A stretch of DNA of 54,344 nt, filler included, from Candidatus Zhuqueibacterota bacterium (GCA_016783505.1; 3 parts of 3 records of this genome joined end to end with filler, not necessarily neighbours in it), one strand, 5' to 3'. Shown: positions 37,652 through 48,324, counted from the whole stretch's first letter. A program made the numbers and translations. The notes: generated by a model from the sequence alone, not told the origin.

Positions 37652-39361
37652 ATGCGTCTTTCTGAAGGATTTATTCCAACATTAAAAGAAATTCCCAGGG
37701 AGGCTGAGCTTCCCTCCCACCGCCTTATGCTCCGTGCCGGACTAATTAGGATGCTGGCCGCTGGCATCTACAGTTATCTACCCCTTGGTTGGCGGGTGGC
37801 CAAGCGCGTGATTACTATTATCAGGGAAGAGATGGACCGGATCGGTGGTCAGGAAACATTCCTGCCCGCCATTAATCCCCTTGAAGTCTGGCAGGAGACG
37901 GGTAGGGCGGCCGATTTCGGGGATATGATGTTTCAATTCAAGGACAGGCGTGGCCGGGGGATGTGTCTGGCCCCCACCCATGAGGAGGTCATCTGCGACC
38001 TGGCCCGCATTCACATCCGTTCCTACCGGGACCTGCCCCAGATCTGGTATCAGATTCAGACCAAATTCCGGGACGAACCCCGGCCCCGGTCGGGTGTCTT
38101 GCGAGCCAGGCAGTTTATTATGAAAGATTCATACTCATTGGACGCCGTCGAGGAGGGGTTGGATAGGAGTTACCAGCTTCATCGGGAAGCCTACCAGCGA
38201 ATCTTCACCCGGTGCGGTCTGGACTTTATTATCGTTGGGGCATCCAGTGGACTCATGGGGGGGTCGGGTTCCCAGGAATTTATGCTGATTTCGGACAGCG
38301 GAGAGGACACGGTGGTTACCTGCCCCTCGTGCCATTACGCCGCTAACCTGGAGGTGGCTACGTCGGTCAAAGAACAGATGGCCGAGGATGCCTTCTCCGG
38401 GGATACTCAACTGCGGGAAGTCCATACCCCCGGGAAAAGAACCGTCGAAGAAGTCTCTGGATTTTTACATATTCCCAAATCTAAGCTGATCAAATCCCTG
38501 CTGTTTATAGCCGAACAGGGTCCGGTAATGGCCCTCATTTCGGGGGATGATGACTTAAATGAGGCTAAATTGATGACGGCTGTGGGGGCCTTCCGACCCG
38601 CCCATCAGGAAGAGGTGCGACAGATCTGCAAGGCGGAAGCCGGGTTTATCGGTCCCATAGAGCTGGAAGGAGTAACCATCCTGGGGGATCTTACCCTGAC
38701 CAGGACCAAAGGAATGGCCACCGGTGCCAATCGGGACGACTATCACATCGTCGGCATTGACGTGGCCCGGGACGTGCAGGTGGAAAAATTTGTAGACTTA
38801 AGAATCGTTGGCGATGGGGAGGGATGTCCACAATGCGCCCGGCCGCTTAAGGTTATCAACGCCATTGAAATCGGCCACATCTTTAGATTGGGAACCAAAT
38901 ATTCCCAGAGTATGGGAGCTACTTTTCTCGATGAGAAAGGAAGAGAAAACCCCATTATTATGGGGAGCTATGGGATCGGCATTGGCCGCATCATCGCCGC
39001 CGCTATCGAACAAAACCACGATAAAAACGGCATCATCTGGCCCCTGAATATAGCCCCTTACCAAATACATATTCTCTCCCTAAACGCTGATCACCATAAA
39101 TGTCAAACGGTGAGCGAAGATCTCTATCAAATCCTTACCCGGGAGGGTTGGGAATGTCTCTTCGATGACCGAAGACTAAGAGCCGGGGTAAAATTTAAGG
39201 ATGCTGATCTTTTGGGAATGCCCATCCAGATTGTCGTGGGCGAAAAAAACCTGGCGGAAGATAAGGTGGAAATAATATTACGAAAGGACGGTTCTCGGAA
39301 AATTATCGCCATTGACGGAGTGGGGAAAGAGGTTAAAAAAATATTGACTCAAAAGAAATAA
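37652..39361 (+). CDS. proS: Prolyl-tRNA synthetase
   Basis: SHRLMLRAG, PTHEE, FRDEPRPRSG, EIGHIF, GSYGIG. Confidence 0.98.
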   Translation: MRLSEGFIPTLKEIPREAELPSHRLMLRAGLIRMLAAGIYSYLPLGWRVAKRVITIIREEMDRIGGQETFLPAINPLEVWQETGRAADFGDMMFQFKDRRGRGMCLAPTHEEVICDLARIHIRSYRDLPQIWYQIQTKFRDEPRPRSGVLRARQFIMKDSYSLDAVEEGLDRSYQLHREAYQRIFTRCGLDFIIVGASSGLMGGSGSQEFMLISDSGEDTVVTCPSCHYAANLEVATSVKEQMAEDAFSGDTQLREVHTPGKRTVEEVSGFLHIPKSKLIKSLLFIAEQGPVMALISGDDDLNEAKLMTAVGAFRPAHQEEVRQICKAEAGFIGPIELEGVTILGDLTLTRTKGMATGANRDDYHIVGIDVARDVQVEKFVDLRIVGDGEGCPQCARPLKVINAIEIGHIFRLGTKYSQSMGATFLDEKGRENPIIMGSYGIGIGRIIAAAIEQNHDKNGIIWPLNIAPYQIHILSLNADHHKCQTVSEDLYQILTREGWECLFDDRRLRAGVKFKDADLLGMPIQIVVGEKNLAEDKVEIILRKDGSRKIIAIDGVGKEVKKILTQKK

Positions 39362-39372
39362 ATTAGTATATT
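39344..39372 (+). promoter_or_regulatory. Sigma70-like promoter overlapping the proS stop
   Basis: TTGACT-17 bp-TATATT. Confidence 0.55.
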
Positions 39373-39434
39373 AAATCATATCATTCGATGTACCTCCAAA
39401 TTGGAAGAATATCCGAACTATAAGGACTGACTTG

Positions 39435-39947
39435 ATGGGTAAAAGATATAAAAATCCCCCGATTGCTGAGGCTATATGCGAGTTTCAGTTTGAGCTGAAT
39501 TCTCCCTGGGATCTTGTTATGCCTGGTCTTGTATATGAGCAAGTGAAGCGAACTTTCCCTAAAAGGCACCAAGTTAAGGTGCTTGATGTAGGAGTTTCGG
39601 CTGACCCGGAGGAAGTGGAAAAACAAGTTCGAACTACTCTTGAGCGATTATATACCTTCAGAGAGCGAGAAGAGGTCCTATGGTTTCTTGAGAGATATCC
39701 GTTTCTTGTCTCGTTATTACTGGATGCATATAAAGAGATTGGAAATTACTTCCCTTATTCACAGGTCTTTCTTGAGGTAATCACCGATCCGGAAGCAACT
39801 GAGGACTCTCAATTGGTAATATTCATTGCTACAAATCTTGCCCCGGATAAGGCTGATGACAGGCTTGAGCGGTTCGATGAGGACTGGTGGCTGGACGCCT
39901 TAGACCGGGCGCAAGGAAAGCTTTGTATAGACATGGAGTTCCGATGA
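39435..39947 (+). CDS. Apparent chimera: TIGR04255-like N-terminus plus an unrelated C-terminal domain
   Basis: YKNPPIAEAICEFQF..PGLVYEQ start, followed by ..FLEVITDPE..FDEDWWLD..CIDMEF. Confidence 0.55.
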   Translation: MGKRYKNPPIAEAICEFQFELNSPWDLVMPGLVYEQVKRTFPKRHQVKVLDVGVSADPEEVEKQVRTTLERLYTFREREEVLWFLERYPFLVSLLLDAYKEIGNYFPYSQVFLEVITDPEATEDSQLVIFIATNLAPDKADDRLERFDEDWWLDALDRAQGKLCIDMEFR

Positions 39948-39983
39948 GTTTTAATGCAATTTTATAAAATATGGAGAATCATC

Positions 39984-40367
39984 ATGCCGGAAAAGAAGAA
40001 GGAAACTGGAAAAAAGACCGGGGAAAAAGTGGAAAAGGCGGCAGTGAAAGAGGAATACACTAAAGAGGAGATCGAGGAAGGAAAAATACCCGCTCTGTTG
40101 GGATACATCTTTTTCCTCTGCGTCGTGCCCCTGTTTGGTTTTAAAGACAACCGATTTGCCCAGAAACACGGCAAGCAAGGGTTGGCCCTGTTCATTGTCG
40201 AGGTCATCGCCCTTCTATTCCTGGTGCCCACCGTCAGTAAAATCTTCTGGTGGATCATACTGTTGGCAGCCATCGTGGTAGCCGTTATCGGGATGGTTCA
40301 TTCCCTTCAGGGAAAATGGTGGCGGATTCCCCTATTGGGAGACTTTCTGGACAAATACGGACTTTAA
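39984..40367 (+). CDS. DUF4870-like membrane protein
   Basis: EEGKIPALLGYI..FAQKHGKQG..WRIPLLG. Confidence 0.75.
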   Translation: MPEKKKETGKKTGEKVEKAAVKEEYTKEEIEEGKIPALLGYIFFLCVVPLFGFKDNRFAQKHGKQGLALFIVEVIALLFLVPTVSKIFWWIILLAAIVVAVIGMVHSLQGKWWRIPLLGDFLDKYGL

Positions 40368-40403
40368 CGGGTTTATCCTGAAGGCCCTTTCTGTCTGTTG
40401 TGC

Positions 40404-40434
40404 AAAAACCACCTATCCTGCGGGTGGTTTTTTT
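40404..40434 (+). terminator. Intrinsic terminator
   Basis: AAAAACCACC..GGTGGTTTTTTT hairpin with U-tract. Confidence 0.75.
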
Positions 40435-40461
40435 GTGAACACGGTTAGTAATGCTATATTT

Positions 40462-41400
40462 ATGTCTACCGATTCTGTAACCTTCCCTTCATATCTTGAC
40501 CTCCATCAATCAGGGCAACTAAACACCCGGATTGACCGGCTTTTTGAGATATTAGAAAGTTGCACCCTTTGTCCCCATCAGTGCCGGGTAAACAGGTTGG
40601 CCGGGGAAAGGGGGACCTACTGCCGAGCGGGGGTCAAGGCTAAAATTTCCAGCTTCTTCCCCCATTTCGGTGAAGAGGAGCCCCTAGTAGGAGTGCACGG
40701 CTCCGGCACCATCTTTTTTGCTCACTGCAACCTGCATTGTGTCTTCTGCCAGAACTACGACATCAGCCATCTAGAGGAAGGAAGGGAAGTTGAGGAGGCC
40801 GATCTTGCCAGAATGATGATATATCTCCAGAATCAGGGCTGCCATAATATCAATTTTGTCACCCCAACCCATTTCGTCCCCCAATGGGTGGCGGCTCTCC
40901 CCAAAGCTGTCGAGTTGGGGCTGACCTTACCCATTGTTTATAACTGCGGTGGTTATGAATCACTTGAAGTCATAAAATTGTTAGACGGTATAATTGATAT
41001 TTACATGCCGGACACTAAATTTTCTTCCAATAATGTGGCTAAAAAATACACCCAGGCCAAAAACTATGCGGATATCCTCTGGGGGGTTCTTAAGGAGATG
41101 CACCGTCAGGTTGGAAACTTAAGGCTTGATGGTCAAGGGATTACCACCCGGGGGCTCTTGATCCGTCATCTGGTAATGCCCAATGACCTGTCCGGGACTG
41201 ACAAAACCGTGCATTTTATTGCTGAACAGCTTTCACGGGATAGCTACGTGAATATCATGACTCAGTACCGTCCCTGTCACCAGGCCCAGGTTTATCATGA
41301 GATCGCCCGGCGAATTACACCCGAGGAATATCGAAAGGCGGTGCGGATAGCCAGGGATGCCGGTCTTTGGCAGGGATTCGGAGTTAATTTAGTCATTTAG
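40462..41400 (+). CDS. PflX-like radical SAM protein
   Basis: CTLCPHQC, HFGEE, GSGTIFF, CNLHCVFCQN, IRHLVMP. Confidence 0.9.
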   Translation: MSTDSVTFPSYLDLHQSGQLNTRIDRLFEILESCTLCPHQCRVNRLAGERGTYCRAGVKAKISSFFPHFGEEEPLVGVHGSGTIFFAHCNLHCVFCQNYDISHLEEGREVEEADLARMMIYLQNQGCHNINFVTPTHFVPQWVAALPKAVELGLTLPIVYNCGGYESLEVIKLLDGIIDIYMPDTKFSSNNVAKKYTQAKNYADILWGVLKEMHRQVGNLRLDGQGITTRGLLIRHLVMPNDLSGTDKTVHFIAEQLSRDSYVNIMTQYRPCHQAQVYHEIARRITPEEYRKAVRIARDAGLWQGFGVNLVI

Positions 41401-41607
41401 TTATTAGGTTATTAAGTCATTAAAAAATAATAAATTTGTGCCTTTTTGATGAAGATATTGTCATTGAAAGGATAGGAATATCACAATTAGATAGAGCAGG
41501 AGTTTAACAATCGGTCAAGTCAGGCTCCCGACTGATGTAAATTTGCAATTCTAGCCCACGGTTCTACGATCCAATAACCCAATAACTTAATTACATAATA
41601 ACTTAAT
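41383..41607. repeat. Inverted pair of 8-mer tandem arrays
   Basis: GTYATTWR units at 41383-423 and complementary YYAATAAC units at 41571-607. Confidence 0.7.
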
Positions 41608-41658
41608 TTTCTAGAAAAAGGGGTTGCTTTTTTATAAAAAAATTACGATATTTAACAT

Positions 41659-42288
41659 ATGAATATTCTATTCATCATCATTATTAGCTATCTTTTGGGA
41701 TCGTTTCCCACCAGCATTATTGTGGGGAGAATTCTCAAGGGCATAGACATTCGAAACTACGGCAGCGAAAACGCCGGGGCCACCAACACCTTTCGGGTGC
41801 TGGGGTGGAAGGCGGGTATGCTGGTACTGTTAGTTGACATGGCAAAGGGGCTTCTGGCCGTCACCCTCATTACAAAATATTTCGGTGATCCTAAAGAAAT
41901 GGGTCGCTTTGCCGATCTTTCCCCCATTATTGCTGGATCGGCGGTCATCCTGGGGCATATCTATACAGCCTTCGCCCGTTTTAAGGGGGGAAAGGGAGTG
42001 GGCACTGCCACCGGGGTCATCATAGGCATCGCCCCACTGACCTCGCTGGTATGCATTTTGATATGGTTAATGATTGTCCTTACCACCAGATTTGTTTCCG
42101 TTGCTTCTCTGGCAGCAGCCTGCTGCTTTCCCCTGATTACCCTTCTGCGAAAAGATTTCGACCTACCACTTTTGATCTTTAGCGTCCTTTTACCCTTGGT
42201 TATCGTTTATACCCATCGAGAGAACATCCGTCGCCTCTTTAAAGGTGAGGAAAATAGATTAAGGAAGGGGTGGCTCTCATTTAAGTGA
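41659..42288 (+). CDS. plsY: Glycerol-3-phosphate acyltransferase
   Basis: YLLGS, GSENAGATN, GH..FKGGKGV, HRENIRRL. Confidence 0.96.
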   Translation: MNILFIIIISYLLGSFPTSIIVGRILKGIDIRNYGSENAGATNTFRVLGWKAGMLVLLVDMAKGLLAVTLITKYFGDPKEMGRFADLSPIIAGSAVILGHIYTAFARFKGGKGVGTATGVIIGIAPLTSLVCILIWLMIVLTTRFVSVASLAAACCFPLITLLRKDFDLPLLIFSVLLPLVIVYTHRENIRRLFKGEENRLRKGWLSFK

Positions 42289-43298
42289 TCCCTATGAAAA
42301 AGGATGTTGGTGTTTTAGGGGCCGGGAGTTGGGGAACCACCCTGGCCATTTTATTACACGGTAACGGGCATCGGGTTTCATTGTGGGAATTTCGTGCCCG
42401 GGCCGCCAGGGAGTTAGCCCTCTTTCGGGAGAACCGTGAATTCCTGCCAGGGGTCGCCATTCCCCCTGACATTATCATTTCATCGGATTTTTATCAGGTG
42501 GCGTCTGAAAAAGCCATCCTGGTCACTGCCGTTCCCTCCCATGTGCTGAGATCAGTGGGCGAAAAACTGCACTCTATTGATCTGAACCGTACATTGGTGG
42601 TTAACGTATCCAAGGGTATTGAGAATCAAAGCTTGAAGCGTATGTCTGAGGTCCTATCAGATACGGTTAAGGGGTTTGATCTAAAGAGGTTCGTTGCATT
42701 GTCGGGCCCAAGCCACGCCGAAGAGGTCAGTCAACGCATGCCGACCACGGTGGTGGTCGCCTCAACTTCCATAAAAGCGGCGGAGGAGGTACAACAGGTG
42801 TTCATGACCCCCTATTTCCGGGTCTATGCTTCTGATGATCTGGTTGGGGTGGAACTGGGGGGATCCCTCAAAAACGTCATCGCCATCGCCGCCGGCATCT
42901 GCGATGGGTTGGGTTTCGGTGACAACACCAAAGGGGCGTTGTTAACCCGGGGCATGGTGGAGATCGCCCGCCTGGGAACCGCCATGGGAGCGCGGCCGTC
43001 CACCTTTTCGGGCCTGTCCGGCATGGGTGATCTCATTACCACCTGCACCTCCCGCCACTCCCGCAACCGCTATGTGGGGGAGCAGATCGGAAAGGGAAGA
43101 AAATTAAGCGACATCCTGGCGGGGATGGTCATGGTGGCCGAAGGGGTGAGGACAACCCAATCGGCCTATGACCTGGCCCAAAAACACGGGGTTGACATAC
43201 CCATTACTACCGAAGTTTACAACATATTGTTCAAGGATAAAGACCCGGCAACTGCCCTTCAGGATTTGATGACCCGCCGGGCCAAAGTGGAGGATTAA
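42285..43298 (+). CDS. gpsA: NAD(P)H-dependent glycerol-3-phosphate dehydrogenase
   Basis: GAGSWG, SGPSHA, KNVIA, GDLITTC..SRNR. Confidence 0.97.
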   Translation: MIPMKKDVGVLGAGSWGTTLAILLHGNGHRVSLWEFRARAARELALFRENREFLPGVAIPPDIIISSDFYQVASEKAILVTAVPSHVLRSVGEKLHSIDLNRTLVVNVSKGIENQSLKRMSEVLSDTVKGFDLKRFVALSGPSHAEEVSQRMPTTVVVASTSIKAAEEVQQVFMTPYFRVYASDDLVGVELGGSLKNVIAIAAGICDGLGFGDNTKGALLTRGMVEIARLGTAMGARPSTFSGLSGMGDLITTCTSRHSRNRYVGEQIGKGRKLSDILAGMVMVAEGVRTTQSAYDLAQKHGVDIPITTEVYNILFKDKDPATALQDLMTRRAKVED

Positions 43299-43458
43299 AA
43301 TTCAGAAGTGTTCTATGAGAAAAATTTAGCCTCTTCGGGGTAACTTATCAACCCCGAGGTTCGGTGAAATTTCTGAGATGTTCGGTTCGGTCAGGCGCCC
43401 GACTGATACGTCATAGGGTTGCGGTTGGGCAGCTCGTCTCGTCATTCGTTGAGCGGTT

Positions 43459-43542
43459 ATGGGAAATAAAACAAAGCACATAAAGAGTTTTTACGATTTA
43501 GATGTCTATAAACTTATCGCTTGCATAGATAAGGTTCGGTGA
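43459..43542 (+). pseudogene. Internally deleted four-helix-bundle (23S IVS/Avd-like) gene remnant
   Basis: MGNKTKHIKSFYDLDVYKL.. family N-terminal motif; only 27 aa; flanked by 27-bp imperfect inverted repeats. Confidence 0.6.
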
Positions 43543-43671
43543 ACGTAAGGATGAACGCAACCGACAGACGGACGACGATACGAGCAGCGCAACCGATAAA
43601 CGTTCTACGGAACTTATTTAGATTAAGGTCTATTCTTATAAATTCCGAGAAGTGCTGTACAGTTAGGTCAA

Positions 43672-44964
43672 ATGGAAAAATCCTACATTAACACCATCTC
43701 CCGTTTTGAAGGCCAGGTTGTTCGGGTTATGGGCTGGCTTTCTAACAAACGATCCAGCGGAAGTATTCGCTTTCTATTGGTGCGGGACGGAACGGGAATT
43801 ATTCAAGCAGTGGTATCCAGAGCTGATGTATCCACGGCGGTATTCGAGCTTTCTGATCAACTTGGCCAGGAAAGCTCTCTCGAAGTGCAGGGTCTGGTGC
43901 GGGCCGACCGAAGGGCCCCGGGGGGATATGAACTGGTGGTCTCCGACATCACCGTTTTTCAGCTTGTTCAGGACTATCCTATCACCCCTAAGGAGCACGG
44001 CACCACCTTTTTGATGGACCGCCGACACCTGTGGCTGCGGTCTTCCCGCCAGCATGCCATTCTTAAGATAAGACACGGTCTGATTACCGCGGCCCGCAAA
44101 TTCTTCGACGACCGTGACTTTGTGTTGCTTGACGCCCCTATCTTTACCCCAGCGGCCTGCGAAGGAACTACCACCCTATTCGAAACGGATTATTTCGGGG
44201 AGAGGGCCTACCTCACCCAATCGGGACAGCTTTATATGGAAGCCGGAGCCATGGCTTTCGGAAAAGTCTACTGTTTCGGCCCTACCTTCCGGGCAGAAAA
44301 GTCCAAAACCAGGCGCCACCTGATTGAATTCTGGATGATCGAACCTGAGGTGGCTTACTGCGACCTGGAAGGGGATATGGAACTAGCCGAGGATTTTGTG
44401 GCCTTTATAGTTGAATGGATCTTACATCATTATCAAACAGAATTAAAGGTTCTGGAAAGAGATATCGAGCCCCTGGAGAAAGTGATCAAACCCTTTCCCC
44501 GCATTAGCTATGATGAAGCTGTGGATATTCTAAAGCAAAAGGGGGGTTCCTTTGAATGGGGGAACGATTTTGGTGGTGGGGACGAGACAGTCCTCTCCCA
44601 GACCTTTGACCGACCGGTGATAATACATCGCTACCCGGCCTCTGTGAAAGCCTTCTATATGAAGAACGACCATCAGAACCCCGATTTGGCCTTATGTATG
44701 GACATGCTGGCCCCTGAAGGCTATGGGGAGATCATCGGCGGCGGCCAGCGCGAGGATGATCTGGGGGCTCTTGTGGAAAAGATTAAAAAGCACAACCTTC
44801 CCATGGAGGCCTTCGATTGGTATCTGGACCTGCGAAAATACGGCACCGTGCCCCACGCAGGCTTTGGCCTCGGCATCGAAAGAACATTATCCTGGATCTG
44901 CGGCTTAAGCCATCTCCGGGAGACCATACCCTTTCCCCGGTTGATCTATCGGCTGAAACCTTAA
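43672..44964 (+). CDS. asnS: Asparaginyl-tRNA synthetase
   Basis: [39 protein letters not shown]. Confidence 0.97.
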   Translation: MEKSYINTISRFEGQVVRVMGWLSNKRSSGSIRFLLVRDGTGIIQAVVSRADVSTAVFELSDQLGQESSLEVQGLVRADRRAPGGYELVVSDITVFQLVQDYPITPKEHGTTFLMDRRHLWLRSSRQHAILKIRHGLITAARKFFDDRDFVLLDAPIFTPAACEGTTTLFETDYFGERAYLTQSGQLYMEAGAMAFGKVYCFGPTFRAEKSKTRRHLIEFWMIEPEVAYCDLEGDMELAEDFVAFIVEWILHHYQTELKVLERDIEPLEKVIKPFPRISYDEAVDILKQKGGSFEWGNDFGGGDETVLSQTFDRPVIIHRYPASVKAFYMKNDHQNPDLALCMDMLAPEGYGEIIGGGQREDDLGALVEKIKKHNLPMEAFDWYLDLRKYGTVPHAGFGLGIERTLSWICGLSHLRETIPFPRLIYRLKP

Positions 44965-45096
44965 GTTAAAACCCCTTGCCTCAAAAATAAAATTTTCATG
45001 CTTCGTGGTCCCGAGTATTCGGTACGAAACATCCGCCGCAGGCGGATTCAAAACGTCATTTACTTTTACGTAATATACCGAAATTTCTTTAATTAT

Positions 45097-45372
45097 ATGG
45101 AAACCGGTGTGAAGATAATCGTAAAAGGAATGGTGCAGGGGATCGGCTATCGGTTTTTCGTCCTGAGGGCAGCCCGCAACCTGAATCTAAATGGATACGT
45201 AAAAAACCTGTGGAATGGCAACGTTGAAGTGGTGGCGGAAGGGGATCGGGGGGCGGTGGAAGAGCTAATACAGATATTGAAAGTGGGGCCTCGGATGGCC
45301 TCTGTGAGGAACCTTACAGTCCAATGGGTCGAACCCCAGGGTAAGTTTACCTCCTTTCGGATTGAATTCTGA
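45097..45372 (+). CDS. acyP: Acylphosphatase
   Basis: [23 protein letters not shown]. Confidence 0.93.
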   Translation: METGVKIIVKGMVQGIGYRFFVLRAARNLNLNGYVKNLWNGNVEVVAEGDRGAVEELIQILKVGPRMASVRNLTVQWVEPQGKFTSFRIEF

Positions 45373-45379
45373 GTCGGCT

Positions 45380-45901
45380 ATGAAGAAATTGATAGATTAT
45401 ATTCGCTGTATTCCCGATTTTCCTAAAAAGGGTATCAATTTTAAGGACATCACCACCCTGTTAAAAGACGGGAAGGCTTTTTCGGAATCGGTCAACCAGT
45501 TAGCGGAGCCTTACCTGAATGACTCCATAAACGCTGTGGTTGGGATTGAAGCCCGGGGGTTTATCTTTGCCGCCGCCGTCGCCTATAGACTGGGGGTAGG
45601 GATGATACCCGTTCGTAAGCCCGGCAAACTTCCAACTGAGACCATTTGTGAGGAGTATGAGCTGGAGTACGGGACAGACGGCGTCGAGGTCCACAAAGAC
45701 GCCATTCAGCCGGGGCAGAGGATTCTTATTGTAGATGATCTTTTGGCAACCGGGGGAACCGCCCTGGCCACCTGCAAGCTGGTGGAAAAATTAGGGGGGA
45801 AAATAAGGGGGGTCAGGTTTCTGATCGAATTGGATTTTCTAAACGGCAGGGAAAAATTGGGGAACTATCCGGTATCCGCTTTAATTCATTATCTCTTCTA
45901 G
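45380..45901 (+). CDS. apt: Adenine phosphoribosyltransferase
   Basis: [35 protein letters not shown]. Confidence 0.97.
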   Translation: MKKLIDYIRCIPDFPKKGINFKDITTLLKDGKAFSESVNQLAEPYLNDSINAVVGIEARGFIFAAAVAYRLGVGMIPVRKPGKLPTETICEEYELEYGTDGVEVHKDAIQPGQRILIVDDLLATGGTALATCKLVEKLGGKIRGVRFLIELDFLNGREKLGNYPVSALIHYLF

Positions 45902-46342
45902 ACCTTTTAGGACTCTTGCAAGGCAGTATTCGCCGAATTGAGTTACGATTTCCCCTTGGTGACGTTTATTTAATGATAAAAAATGATATATTGAGGCGGA
46001 CGTAATATGTGCTCTTTTATATTTATTCTCCTTGCAAAAATTTTCTAATTCCTCTACCAAAAATCTGGGAATGGAAAATTGTACGGATATCCTTTTTTCT
46101 AATTTGTCCCTGAGTGGTTCATAATAATATTTCTTCGTTCTCAACGCCTTGGTCAAGGTCAAATCACCGTATTCCTTTAATATTTTCTTTAGTCGTTCCT
46201 GATCCATGCCCAAAAAGTAATGAAGGGCCGGAGGGATAAAGTGTGTTAAATTACCCCCTTTCTTTTTGCAATATAACAACAACTTTGCCCGGAGACCCTT
46301 GGGAACCGTAATGTGGTAAACGATACTTCTTCCTAGTTTCAT
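45881..46342 (-). CDS. Tandem ribbon-helix-helix-like protein
   Basis: Two similar units: [21 protein letters not shown] and [21 protein letters not shown]. Confidence 0.55.
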   Translation of the reverse strand: MKLGRSIVYHITVPKGLRAKLLLYCKKKGGNLTHFIPPALHYFLGMDQERLKKILKEYGDLTLTKALRTKKYYYEPLRDKLEKRISVQFSIPRFLVEELENFCKENKYKRAHITSASIYHFLSLNKRHQGEIVTQFGEYCLARVLKGLEEIMN

Positions 46343-46515
46343 AACGAAAAAACTCCAAATATTTTAAAAACTGAATTTCCGTTCGTCTGGCATAATTTAA
46401 GGCTTTCTGGGGATAAAGTCAAGATAAAAATTACCTTTCTAATTACCAAGTTAGTTAAAAACCAGTCCTTGCCATATATATGCGGGATTTTTTGTTTAAA
46501 GGGTCATTAGCGATA

Positions 46516-46920
46516 ATGAGCACAAGACTAAGGCTGGCGGTTGTCCTTGCTGTTATCACACCCCTTGGGTTTGGGACCAAGCTTTATCATGGCCCCCTTG
46601 CTGGCTGGGTAGAGCTTTACCTTGGTGGGGTATTGTATGTTATCTTCTTCATCTTATTGGCAGCATTTATCTTTACCCGGGCTAAAATATGGGTCTTGGG
46701 GGGTGTAGTCTTTGGCTCTACTTGTGTTTTAGAATTTCTTCAACTCAGTCATAATCCTTTGCTTGAGAGGATCAGATCCACATTCCTGGGGAGGGCTTTG
46801 ATTGGTTCGGGCTTCGACCTCTGGGATTTTCCCCATTACATTCTCGGAGCCATTCTGGGCATGACGTTGCTGAATAAGGTATGCCGCCAGAAACCAATCC
46901 TGAAACATTGGGGCTGTTAA
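46516..46920 (+). CDS. DUF2809-like membrane protein
   Basis: YLGGVLY..LEFLQL..IGSGFDLWD. Confidence 0.7.
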   Translation: MSTRLRLAVVLAVITPLGFGTKLYHGPLAGWVELYLGGVLYVIFFILLAAFIFTRAKIWVLGGVVFGSTCVLEFLQLSHNPLLERIRSTFLGRALIGSGFDLWDFPHYILGAILGMTLLNKVCRQKPILKHWGC

Positions 46921-47254
46921 CTTAACTGTTGCTAAATTGGTTGCTTTATTCTCATTTATAAGAGAAAGATTAACCGCCTTCTCTTTTGGGAAGTGTAATT
47001 TATGAATTTTTGGGAACCCATCAAGGGCGAGATGAATTTGCCTTCGGCGAACCCTTGACTGAACCCCAAAAATTCACTACCAGTAGTTAACCAAGAGGGA
47101 AAGTAGGAACGATATGTTATCATCATAAATTGAATTTATTAAAATTACAACTCGTTATTTTTATGTGAATCTATGAAAAACATAAAACAAAAGCAACTAA
47201 GAGCAACAATTAACTAAACAGTCCTTAAAAAAGAATTATTTTGACAGTGAGGAA

Positions 47255-48004
47255 ATGGACAATATTATGACGAGATCATTACGTCCATACCTTTGCCTGA
47301 TAATACTAATAATCCCCGGGGTGGGGTTAAGTCAGGAAATCCCTGATTTTAATGCCGGTCGCCCCGGTGCAGCCGAAACAAGCACCATTGTACCTAAAGG
47401 GTATTATCAGGTAGAAACAGGCTGGACACTAACGAACTCAGGAAGTGGTTATCTGATGGTACGAACCGGACTTTCCAACCGAATGGAATGCAGATTCTCC
47501 TTTAATGATCTATCGTTTGAACAATCCCCACTATTGGGGGGACTTATGGGAGGTATTTTATACCAATTGACGGAAGAAAGCGGAAGACGACCTAAAACTT
47601 CACTATTGTTTACTTTGTCCATCCCTAATAGTGATGATGGAATGGTTGTGGATGAGACACAATACAACCTAATCGTCCCATTCTCCTCTACAATAAGTGA
47701 CCATGTATCCCTAGGATGGCATCTTAGCGCATCCTACTTTCAAATTGGTGGAGAAGCCCAAATGGACCTGGCTTATGCTGCCGCATTGGGTTGTGACCTT
47801 GCTGAAAAAATAGGCGTATTTATTGAAGTTTATGGTGGTGGCCCCACTGATAAACTAAGCGAAGTGTCACATTCTCTTGATGGTGGAATTACATACCAAA
47901 TTCTTGATAATATTCAGATTGATATTAATGGGGGCTTTTCTCTCAGCAACAATAGCAATGATACCTTTTTAGATTTTGGGGTAGCATTTCGGCTACCTCG
48001 TTAA
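47255..48004 (+). CDS. Outer-membrane beta-barrel ('transporter'/MetA-phenol-pathway-like)
   Basis: Signal peptide; RPG..IVPKG..QVETG; alternating beta strands. Confidence 0.7.
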   Translation: MDNIMTRSLRPYLCLIILIIPGVGLSQEIPDFNAGRPGAAETSTIVPKGYYQVETGWTLTNSGSGYLMVRTGLSNRMECRFSFNDLSFEQSPLLGGLMGGILYQLTEESGRRPKTSLLFTLSIPNSDDGMVVDETQYNLIVPFSSTISDHVSLGWHLSASYFQIGGEAQMDLAYAAALGCDLAEKIGVFIEVYGGGPTDKLSEVSHSLDGGITYQILDNIQIDINGGFSLSNNSNDTFLDFGVAFRLPR

Positions 48005-48140
48005 AAATGCTATTTGAAAGTAGTGGCACTAGAGACGTTAGACATCATTACCTATCGCATTGATATGAAAAAAACCGACATCTAAATTATAAGATAATGG
48101 GATTTAGCTATTTGTAAAACAATTCTACCGTTTTTTTTGA

Positions 48141-48225
48141 AAAGGTCTATTCATTTATCTTGAGTAGGCCTTTTGTTTTTTGAAGTTTTCCCTTGACTCT
48201 TTCCAAATAATTCCATAATATTTAT
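48141..48225 (+). repeat. Hairpin+promoter module, copy 1
   Basis: AAGGTCTATTCA..TGAGTAGGCCTTTT, then TTGACT..TAATAT. Confidence 0.75.
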
Positions 48226-48324
48226 AGTAAATCATTATTAACGGATCTGATTCTGAACTTGTTGACCTATGAATATGTCAAGCATAAAATTTATGTCTTA
48301 ATTGAATAGAACGAGGGGAAGGTA

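Noticed and set aside
43459-43542. Diversity-generating retroelement (Avd-like remnant plus DUF3108 near-repeats)
   Set aside because: No reverse transcriptase in the window, and repeat differences are not restricted to adenines
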